Below, one piece after another: positions 14,071 through 26,000 of a stretch of 64,000 bases of DNA (positions are counted from its first letter, which is position 1; each line of letters begins with the position of its first letter). The translations under genes were made by a program, and so were the position numbers. The stretch comes from Perna viridis (Eukaryota), in NCBI GenBank assembly GCA_037379345.1, contig CM074517.1:18352001-18416000 (forward strand), in the 5' to 3' direction. Under the pieces are notes generated by a model. It did no database searches. It was not told where the DNA came from and worked only from the letters and a program-made list of their open reading frames with translations.

Positions 14071-17000
14071 ATGACTGATATTTACGGAAGCGACGAGTAT
14101 GGCATCGAGACAGCTGATTCAAAGAAAGCGACTTCTACCGTAAGTGACCATTTATTTTACTTTTTTTAGAAGTTTTGTTAAGACATCTCTCATGCCATGA
14201 ACTGTTGCAGAGTGCTCCAGACACTGAATCCCAAAAGGGATAACTGTCATGGCCTTCCACATAACGTCGTACATGTAAAAAGGGGGGAGACTCCCACAAA
14301 ATAAAAGAAAAAATGAGAGGCTAACTTGAAAATGTAAGTTTGTGGTTAAAATTACTAAAGTAATTAAATAAAGTACCATAATTTCTTATCATTTATCAAT
14401 TTTGCTGAGTTTGATAAGAATATTTTCATCAGATGGAAGCAGCAACAAACATTCTTTTTGTTGTCAGCGCATTTGTGCAAACTGCCAACCCCTTCTTGGC
14501 AAAGGGGATCAACCAAAAAGGTTTTCGTGTTAAACGCAACATTGGAAGCGATGAATAATCACCAGCAGAAGACCACATTAAGATGAAAGGATTCCAGTAA
14601 ATTCCTTGAAATGTGCATCTTTTATAAATAAAAAGTATTTTTTAATGTTTCCCTGCGTTAGCAAGCCATTTATTGATTTCAGTGATGTATTGGATCCATT
14701 CAACCAGTCAGCTAAAATGTTCACATTTCCTGTTCATATACCAATCAGGTGTTTTACTAAAACAATGGCATCAAGTCTGACCATCTATAAAAAAAAAAGA
14801 TGTTTTAATTTGATTAACTTGTGTATTAATATTTGACATCTGGAAACAATTCATCGAGCATATTAAAGGATTAGTAACAATTGTTTTCACCTTTGGAATT
14901 GATTTTTTGTTATTTAATAAGTAAATGACAATGGGCCGGAGGACATTTTGGCACTCCTGTTACTGCATATTTGACGCTTCACCACACACAGGTGAAGAAG
15001 TTGTAATTAGGACAGCATATTTTGAGAAAAAAAATAAGAAGCTAATCATGGTTTTTTTATACAAACTATGACATGGAAGAAAATGGCATTGATGGATAAA
15101 ACAACTATTGAATAGCAGTAAAATTTTATTTTTTATTTCAAATGAAACTGTTCTCAAAAATACAAAATGACTCAATGTTGTCTTCTGTTGACAACTTTGG
15201 TTTCTGATTCCCAAAATATCTTCAGGAAAAAACCTAGAAACATTTGTTTTGGTGTATACTGCACACCCCTTTCCTGGAATAATAATACAGTAAAAAAGGG
15301 CATTGAATACACGCAAGAATATGGTAACATATAATGTAGATGTCTTCGAAATGTATTGTCTAGGCAGCATTTTTGGCTGTTTCTTAAACTTCAATAGATC
15401 ATGATTGCAAAAGTGTTTTGCCTTGACGAAAGTTTTCTCAAGTGTCAGTATGTTGATTTTTTTAGGTGAACTTCTATACATTCATCTAGCTCGAATGAGA
15501 CAAAGTTGTACATGTATGCATGAATACCTAAATTTCCTTTATTTATTGTATTCTATGTTTAAGTAGACGCATGATTTTATGATTTGTTTTCCTTCTTCTT
15601 AGAAATGGCTGAAATCATCCAATGCTTCTCTTGCTAACCTACAGCAGGTGAGACCTGTATCTGTTTACAACTTTGGTATCACCAACAAACATGATTTAAA
15701 GGCAACAAATCTAGCATCACAGAGAAGTAATAGTTACACAAACCTGGTAGCAGAGCCAGTACTCCAACCTGTGGACTTACAGAAAACTGCTTGGTAAGTC
15801 ATTAGATTGACTCGTACATTTTGTACATGTTGGTCCTATGGTGTACATTACACAACTAACTGAATTTTTCTATTGAGGGAAAAATTATGTTGTAAATAGT
15901 AAACTATTGTGTCCTCCTCAGAGCTGTTGGTTTATACTTAATATTCTACCTAAACCATCATACATGTAGGGATTAATCAAACTATTATTGATTCTATATT
16001 ACCTTTATTAGAAGATGTACAAAAAAATATATTTTGTATGAACAAATCAGGAATAAGTTTAACACATCCACTTAACATTAAATCGACATACACAAGTACA
16101 ATGTACAACACATCCACAATACACAACTCAACACACACATGTAAAAATGTACAATATACTCACAGAACACAAATCAACATGAAAAATGTACAACACATCC
16201 ACTAAACACAAATTAATGTGCTTCTGTACAAATGTATACACAGGCAGGTATTTTTCTCATGAAATTCATGTTAATCGAGCTTCATGTGAACTTCACATGA
16301 AATTAACATGATAAGCACATTAAATTCACTTAAAACGAATTTCATTTGAACAATTTATGTGAACTTCATGTGAAGGCTCAATTTACCCAAATTTCATGTG
16401 AACCTGACATCTAAATCATTTCATGGAATACTTTGATGATACACATACATATAACATCCTAACTAGTGCAAAAGTGCACATGAACATGTAATTATAATGT
16501 TATGTTTTTTGGTTTTTTTTTAATAAATTAAGCAAATGATTTTTTGCAGGGGAAGTAATGGATCAATACCAGATTTACTCAAGCCCAACACAAAAGTCGC
16601 CCAACGTCCAGGTAGTGCTAAATCTGAAAGAAAATGTCCTGCTCCCAGTGGCAGGAGACAACGACCACAAAGTGCTAAAGAAACTGTTGTAAAACAGTCA
16701 GGACCTGGCATAGCAGGTATAAATTACTGATTGGAAACTGATAAGCAATCTGTAGGTCATTTAATAACAAGACACCTAATTTATAATTCTATTTTGTTTT
16801 TATTACTTAAACAAATGGTGGTACATCTGTACATTGTATCTGCCTGTTACATCAACAGTAAAATTGTAGTAGAAATTCTTCTTACATGTAAAATATTTTT
16901 TTTTTGCAAATTCAGGGTAACATTATTTAATTTCTATAACTACATGCATTTATGAATGAATTTCTCTTTATATGGTAGAGTTGAAAAATATAAGAATAGG

Positions 17001-20000
17001 TTTTGCCTGTAATAATCTCATGCCGTTATTTATACCTCACGACACGTTGAATTCAGATCAAGTTTAGTTTTTAGCACAATTCCTCTTTGTAGTTTTGACT
17101 TTCTGTTATGAACATTTATTATCATCCTTTTTGTGATTTCTAGACAACACATATAACCTTATTCAGACTTCACACTATTGTTAAAATACTTTTACAAAAA
17201 AGTCAAATCAAGTTTGTTTTTCAGCAAATTGTTTTCTCTAACAATGCTATTGTAAACTTTTGCCAGCTCCTGTTTAATGGTTTTGAATTTTGATGTGAAT
17301 AGTACATATATTTATATGTATTTATTGTTACTCCACAATGTGGTAGGGTAAAATTTCATATCCTATTATGTGCCCTATTTTATGCAATAGAAGTTGTACA
17401 TGCATTCACACTTGAAATTATTGTTTTTAATTTCAAGTAAAAGGAGCCAAATATGACCCTTCAGGGAGACCACCCAAGTCATTCACCTCAACTACAGGAT
17501 GGATAGGACCTCCTGCAGGACTAAAATTCTCAGAAGATAGAAATGGTAGGTAATGGTGATCAGTGAGGATAAAAAAAATGAAGAAAATTTCTATAATTTT
17601 GGTTGTATTACATATAAGAAAAAAGAGTTGCTAAAATAATATTTACACATATTGAATGATTAAAGACGCCTACATACATGTTCAATACGCATACAATTTG
17701 CAAAATAAATGCTCAATTTGGAAGTCAATGTCTCAAGAGATATTTTCATATCCATGCTTTGAATAAATTTGGTAACTCTAACTTGGAAAAACATAAACTC
17801 ATCCAATAGAAAAATAATTTTATTTTTATCATTTGAAATTAAAATCATGTCAATGTTAGCTGTATTTCCTTTTCTCATGAATGTAACACTAAGTTATTTG
17901 TATAACGACTATTTTAGAGAACCCCAGTGTCCCACCAGCTCCTGCAGGGTCTCCAACAACACTGCATATAGATGTTGATTTACAAAGCAAGTAAGTGATG
18001 TTATCCTTTAGTGTACAAATTCTCTTTCTTTTTCATGTCGTTATATATCATCACATAATTGACACCATGATTGATTGATTGATCACCATTTATTCTAGTT
18101 ATTTGCTATTTAGTATTATTAATATTACAAGGAAAAATGTTAGGTAACCCCAGTTTTCTTTTTGAAGTATGAAAGAATCTTAAATAAGTTGACTTAATGC
18201 AAATTTCTAAAAAAAAATCTATTTATCAGTTTTTTAATAGTTTGCGAAATAGTGAAAATTACCTACAAAATCTATATGATATGTTGTCAAAAAAAACTAT
18301 TTTTAGACTCAGTTATCCTGAAAGGTAAGTTTGATGACTTATGTCTACATTAAAAGTTCACTGTACCTGGTCTGTTTGTTCAGTTTATCATATGGAAAAA
18401 AATTTAAAAATCTAGATGCTAAAATCATTAGGTACAATCTACCTTTAATAGCGTTTAGTTAATTTTGGTTTGTGTTGTGACAATAATTATTACAGCATTT
18501 TATGATATGACTGCCAGACATGTAGCATCATTGTTTAAGAGATAAAATTTCTTGTTTACAAATTTTTGTGTATACATAATCTGGAGGTTTATAAATTTAT
18601 TGAGTACAGAAAAATTTGTTTGCAAAACAGCAATTTGATTTGGCAATCTTTCCCTTTTGCAGTACAACACATGAAGAGGAATCGTCACCCAGATTGAAGT
18701 ATACCCATGCTGAGCCACCTAGAACACCCACACCTCCACGCTTACCCCCAACCCCCATCCATCTTATGTTACCTACCATGTATGACGATGCAGAGGAACA
18801 AGAAGAAGATGAACTTGACACTGACAGGTAAATTTGTCATACTCCCCCTAAAAGTGGGATATAATTTTGTTCAGTGGAAAAAGAAACAAACTTATGAATG
18901 AAAGCCTGTCAACACAACCTATTATCTTAAAATACCAACAAATTATGTGTTCCCAAAATAGAATAGGCTTGCAAAAACTATGTAGATTTATAAAATGCAT
19001 TGCAAAAACAGACTTTTTCTAGGCTTACCTTTTTACCTTCTTAAGAATTAAATGTTTGTTTCATTTTTTTTTATTATGTAATGTCTCTGTAGCATTGTAC
19101 ATGTATTTATTGCCTATGAGAAAAAAATATCTGTCTGTCTGAAATGTGATAAATTGATCTGAGCTAGAAAATGATTTAGATGGTCAATTTATTTTTTTGG
19201 TAAAAATTATGGTCCTTATAATATAATATATAATAATTTTTGACTTGTCTTCTAGATTGCTTCAAATGGCTGATCAACACATTGATGCAGACAAAAGGTC
19301 AATCAGTGACGGTAACAATCATCATCCTATAGATGTCTTGCCAGGCTATACCTATACCTACATCAATGGTCATCATTCCCATCAGAGCAAATTAGAAATA
19401 CATGGGGATGGTGAAAGTGAGATAGTGTCTTGGGAAAAAGAGGATGTGAATGAATCATTAGATTTTTCTGATTCCGAGGGCTCAGATATTTCAACTACAA
19501 TTCCTGGAAGTGAGTCAGAAAAATACAGTCATCCTCATCCGCTGGAGAAAGTTTCTGTTAAGTTCAGTGAAGAGAAAAATGTAACTATTGATATCACACC
19601 TCGAAATACTGGTCACAAAGTGGCTGAACTGATGAGGAAAAGGCCAGAGAAAACAGATGACACTGGTGAACTTTTATCGGCTTTGTCAGTGTCAGGTGCA
19701 AGTACACAATGTTCTAAAGAAATTTCATCTCCTAAAAATAAAGTGTCATTGACTGAAATGAAACATGAGAACAAATCTGTAAGGACATTGACAAACAAGA
19801 AAAGCTTTACCAGATCAGAAAAACCAAGCAATGAAAATCTGGACTTCAAATTCTCATCCACTGAGAATAGCAAGTGTGAAAAAAGTTTTAGCAATAGACC
19901 AAAAAGTGCTGTTAATAGACCAACTACACCATTGACTTCAGTGACAGTTGCTTACTGTGATCTGGATAATGCAAGGAATAAGAAAAAATACAGAGGTTTA

Positions 20001-23000
20001 AAGAGTGAAAAGGATATTATCACAATGGTCCAACAATGTCAAGTCTCAGACAGTGACGAAGAGAATCAAAAAGAGGTCATCACGCCAAATAAGCTAGACC
20101 CATGGATGACAACCAAAACTACATCTCAAAAATCAAAAAATTATTATGAACTTGCCAGACAGTCTGGTCCTCCAGTCAAAAATAATCATAAAGTCAAGAA
20201 GCTGGAACCAGACTTAGTATCAGGTGCACCTCTTCTGAAAACAACAAAAACAATTGAGTTAGATGAAACTGGGATTGAAATGAAAGAAGTAAAAACTCAG
20301 AGTTTTATCCCTGTTGATAAACAGCCAACTGCTTACTTGGAGAGAGATCGTCAGCTAAGGGAGGCAACCAGAGTTAGAACAAAACCTAGACCAGCAAGTG
20401 AAATGGTATGTTTTTTTCATGTGTTTAGTATCTGGAGATTATTGGCCTCTAAAACAATTTGTTATGGTAAAAATTAATGTGTGTATGCCACTTTTTCTTT
20501 AGTGTTGCCGTTAATTTTTGGAGTTACTGATAATTTCATTTACTTTTTATATGTTGTAGATAAACAGAGCTGATGTAGTGAAGAAAAAAGAAAATGAGCA
20601 GTTTAAGAATGAAGCTGTTAATCAGAAAAAGGTGAGAATAATGCAATAATTTGGTCTGTCCCTGGTAAAGCACACCTCTAAAGGTGAAAATAATGCAATA
20701 ATTTGGTCTGTCCCTGGTAAAGCACACCTCTAAAGGTGAAAATAATGCAATAATTTGGTCTGTCCCAGGTAAAGCACACCTCTAAAGGTGAAAATAATGC
20801 AATAATTTGGTTTGTCCCTGGTAAAGCACACCTCTTACTTCTGTATTACTTCTCTCTACCCTTTAAATTAGTTAAAGTGTTGATTGTCTTTTTAACTTTA
20901 CCTCTCAATATTCAATTCTACTTTACATTATATTTTTTTTCTTGAACCAAAGCAGTCATAATTTCAGTTACATTGTATAAAGTGTTCTGATTCTGTATAA
21001 GCATTTTTTTACTGTCCTATTTCTCTAACTAGAACTCTATTTGTTTCAAGCCATATTACTGCAATGAAATAAAAAGGTAAGAAAAAAATCCAAATAATAT
21101 ACATTGAAAGAGTAATCAAGGGAACCAAGGTTATAGCGGTAATCAAAAGAATGCAATCCAGGGACAAAGACCAGACACGGAAAACAGACACACACAACAA
21201 AGAACATAAAGTAACTAAAATCATACATACAAAGTAACAAAAGTAAATGAGCAACTCGGACTCCACTAAAAACTGGGAGCATGGACCAGGTGCACCAGTA
21301 TGGTAAGCGTCCTCTGCTTTTCTAGAAACACCCGCCGAGTTGCTCATAAAAAGTCAAGTCCGGGGTAGACAAACGAGGGAAGGAAAACTATGACCCGTTG
21401 AATAATCAGTTTTCATGGTGCTGATGGATACACCATAACGATTCACAAGTTTATGATAACGGCCATAAAACTTCTGTATTGATGACTTCAATCTTGTAGC
21501 AACATAACTCTGTTCCAGAAGCCTATTTGTTAGAGTTCTAGCGCGATACAAAAAGTCTGTGTAGTTTCGGCAAGCTCTGGCATAACGTATGAGTTGTGAT
21601 ACGAACACTCCGTACGCAGGAGCCGAAGGGATGTTGCCACAAATGAAAGGGAAGTTGACAATTCTGAATGAAAAGTCATCACGTTTGTCGTAAAGTTTGG
21701 TCAATAGTTTTTCTTTACCATCGATTTCTAAGTGTAGGTCAAGATATGAGGCTGACTTCACAGTGTCTGTAGTATCCTTTATCTCAAGTTCTTTTGGGTA
21801 GATGCGATGTATCAAATCCCTGAAATTAGGATTGTTTAAAGATAATACGTCATCTATATAGCAGAAACTGAGATTGAAGGATCTAGCCAAACGATATTCT
21901 TTCTTTCTGATCAGATCAGCTATAAAGTCAGCCTCATAAGAGTGAAGGAATAGGTCAGCAAGTAAAGGAACAAATTGTGGAATTGATATTGAACTAAGCA
22001 ACTAGAGTTTATAGCATGATGGCATGCTCCAAGGAAGTAAAAAAAAGAAACTGATCAAACCTTACTTACAGTAAGAAATATAGTTGTTAGTGTGTATGCA
22101 AAAAAATGAACACTCATTGTACTTTGATATGAAGAATGTTTTATGTAACATTTATTTATTATAAAGATTTTGTTGTTTCCATTTTTTGTGAGGGTTGAAT
22201 CTGATTATGGATGTATTCTAATATATATATATATATAGCTGATGAAAAGACCATTCTCAGCTCCATCCCAGAGAAGACCAATGTCAGCTTCCAGGCAACA
22301 AAATGTAATTAAGAAAACAGTTCAACATGCAGAGGAAAAGGAAGATTCCTTAACCAATGGTATGAATACTACTTGCCCAATACACAATCAAAACAACACA
22401 AATCCATCAGACACAACCAGGGAAGAAACTGTTGCCATGGATACAGATGATGATCAAATGTCAGATCATAGTTATGGACCAGATTCAGCAAGTGATACTG
22501 AAGTTTTAGAGAAAACAGACAAAGATTTAGAAATTGAGAAGATTATCGAGCGACATCTTGGGAAGCCGTCACTTCCTGTTGATTTGTCAATAAATGAGAA
22601 TGAATCTCAGAAACAAACTAGAAAGGTAATATGGACACATATTGAAGTTCTATTATGTTTAGCCCTTCCAAGTTTAATTTTTTATTCACATGCAATTTTT
22701 CATGAAAACCAGTGTAGGAGAAAGAAATATTTTTTTAGCATTTTAGGTCCAAAATCTTAATTGTTCATAGTCAATAAAGTCTTTGCTGTCTAAATTTCAG
22801 ACAAGCCCCTACCCTTAATCTGAAAAGAATTTTATATAGGTTACAATTGCATGGAAGTATAATTTCTGCTAGACTGCCACTATTTTTTACTAGCATTTGC
22901 TGGTGGGCTGATCCCAATTTCAGAGACTTTAGTAAAAATGAAGAGGGAGGGGTGGTTCTTTATTTTTTTTTATTGTATTGATATGGCAGTAAAAATGGGT

Positions 23001-26000
23001 AGTGAAGTACCCTCTGAAGAGACAATGGTCGAATGGAAGGTTTGAGAATCAAGTACAGTGCAATTAAATTTTGTGTAGTCAATATGGTTCAATTAGCAAT
23101 TACTTTTAATTCTAACAGAATCAAATGTTCAATGCATTTTATTTGGATGCTTTTGTATTTATAGAAATATATTACATAGTACAAAGAGTGCCATGATATA
23201 TCTTGCAATGAAGTTAATTTCTTCACCTAAAAAATGTGAAAAAATGTGATAATAAAGGAGTCTATATTGCAGAAATGTGTGCCCAAGAAATTCTACAACC
23301 CTAATGGTTTGACTTTCTTTTCAGGCTACAAGAACAACATCAGTAAGGGCGTCCTCGGAGAAGAAAACTACAGCACATTCACATCTTCACTGTAACTGTC
23401 CATCTAATAGGTATAAATAAGATATAATACATGAAGCATGTCCCAGCATATTACCAGTATGACACTGATACTTAATATCAAAGAAAACTTCAGAATTTTA
23501 ATGGAACTAAAACAATAACTTCATCAAAATTTCCAGCAAAGTTGACAGAATTTAGCATCCATTCCTTAATAAGTAATCAGGGTCTACTTGCCAATTATTT
23601 TTTTCCTTGTCATTCCTTTATCCTAAAGTCATGGGTATGTCCTGATAAAATGAATAATTTCTCATTTTTAAACAGTAAAAAGGAAGAAAAGAAACCAACA
23701 AACTTTACAGTACAGCTCCCTAGCAGTGAAAAAGTCAATAACAGTAAGCTTGATTTTATTATACTCCTGCTTATTTATAGCAGGCATGGATACATGGTTA
23801 TGGAATTCAGTTAACTGTCTTAACCTTGGTTGTCTCTTTCTTTAATATTTTTGGAGGGGTGGTTACATTTTTCTTTGCACCTACTTGTCACTGCAATCAA
23901 TATTTTGACACAAGCTTTTTGTAAGTGCATCGTATCAGTTGATTTGATTTCAGGCTTACGTGACAGTTATTTCCTGTTTGGCAGCTCAGATATTTTGACT
24001 ATGTACTAAAGTTTGAGTGTATGATTAGCGAACGTAGGATGAAATGATTCTTGTTTTTCAAGTCTCTGTCTTTTTCAATTGTTATCTGTGAAGCCTTTTT
24101 GTTCTTCTACATGGGAAACTGGTAAAATGAATGAAACAAAGTTTTTGAAGAAAATAATGTAAGACTCTGATCACTTCCAATGGATTAACTGTATAAATTC
24201 AACACTGTGACAGTGGTTTGTCTAAAAGGCCAAAACTAAATCCACAAATTATTCCAGGCATAAGTACTTAGTGCACTACTTAGTATCTGCCAAAATGTGA
24301 AATTTTATCATATCAATAAATTTTACACTAGTCCTATGATAATTTACATTCCTCATCACATGTGGAGTTACAATAATGACAATGGTTATTTTTTACCTTT
24401 CTGATTACAGAAGTGTATGGTGCCTTTGCCAGAAATAAGTCAGCGCCACCACTACGAACCAAGCCAAAAGAGACCACCAGACCTAGGACCGGTAAACCTG
24501 TGTTCATCACCTCTAAAGTACCTGATGGGGTAAAATGAAATACCAGTACTTATATGACTTTATGAATTAAGTTAGCATAGTTTTTGTATATGTAAAGTGA
24601 CATGTAATCTGAATATTTGTTTTCATAGAAACAAGATAAAATGAATTTTACTATTGAATTGGGAAATAGGGACAGAGCATCAGTGTGAGTTATTTTGTAC
24701 TGATCATGATTTTTCTTTTGTAGGATTTTGAGTCAGAAGAAAATGTAGAATGTCAACAACTTCAAGCCAAACTTGCTGCTAATGGTGTTCATATTAGAGC
24801 AGAAACTTTAGAAAGGTACTGAAAAACTCATTTGATAATACTGTCATTTTCTATGTCGGTATCTGAGTCACTGTCAAGAATAAGTCAAAATTAGTCAGGT
24901 TATGATGTTGTGGATAACCAGACAGTCAAAAGCAAAAGAATATCTATTTATTATTACATTGTTAGAAGATTTCATAGAAATTCTTAAACTGAAAATTTTC
25001 TCAAATCCATCCTCAACTCAAGTTTTGACCAATCAGATCACTTGAAATTGAAGATTTGAGGAAATTGTCTATTGGAGATTTTTTATGAAATGCAGGCCTT
25101 ATAAATACTTTTTATGATATCAAAACAATAAAGAATCCTATATGTACTTAGGCTGTAGACAGCACTGCTGAATTCAGGCATGATTTTTTCCTGCTCTCCG
25201 CTATTTCAAATCCAGATTTTACCATTACAATTCTTTTTTTTTACCGTATATTTACTTCTGATTTGCCAATTTCTGCTTTGTTTGTTGACATCATTAAATC
25301 AAGTCGGTTAATTAACTGAAGATACAAAAATCAATCAGAATTGTGAAAGAAAAATGCTCTGTGATACACACTCTGAAACATTACAGGATAAGACTACTAC
25401 TCAACAGAATACTACCTCAGGCTAGGTACACACAAAGTACAGACAAAATACAAACTGATTTAGCATCTTTGCTGATACATGAGGAAAGAAATTAAGTTCA
25501 CTTGTGCAAAATTACAGAATAATTTAATTTTTAATTGAATGTAAAAAATTAATATAAAATGTTTGTTATCTCCTATACAGAGCCTTGTATCCACCATCTG
25601 GTAAAACAAAGTATTATGAAGTAAATGCAACTCTTCCAAAGAGTTCTTCCTCAAAGTAAGTATGAAGTTAATGATTATGAATGCCATGTACTCCTACACC
25701 AACAATTAACTTTAAAATTTAAAAGATTTCAGATAAAAAAGATCAAAATATATGTATAAAAGGAAAATATATATACTTCATTGAATTAGATTTCTTTTAA
25801 GCTTTTAATAATAACGATTATTTAACTTCACTCCAGCTAAGGATCAAGCAAGATGTTACTCATGGATTAAAAGCCTACATATTTTTATTTTTGATATTTT
25901 GTTTGAATTGCCATAGTAAACAGTAATAAACATTCAGTTTTTCATATAATCTGTGTTCTTAGGAGATAAAAATTATATAGAATGCACTGTAGATTTCCAA

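Noticed and set aside
21009-21347. ORFs such as MSNSAGVSRKAEDAY... recurring at 44833-45191 and 54255-54491
   Set aside because: They are translations of retroelement UTR or SINE sequence, and frames and stops differ among copies.
21240-21350. SECIS element in the Penelope-like 3'UTR (some clam Naiads encode selenoproteins)
   Set aside because: The ATGA at the stem base is fully Watson-Crick paired with TCAT, so there is no UGA/GA quartet or apical AA, and the RT fragment has no in-frame TGA.
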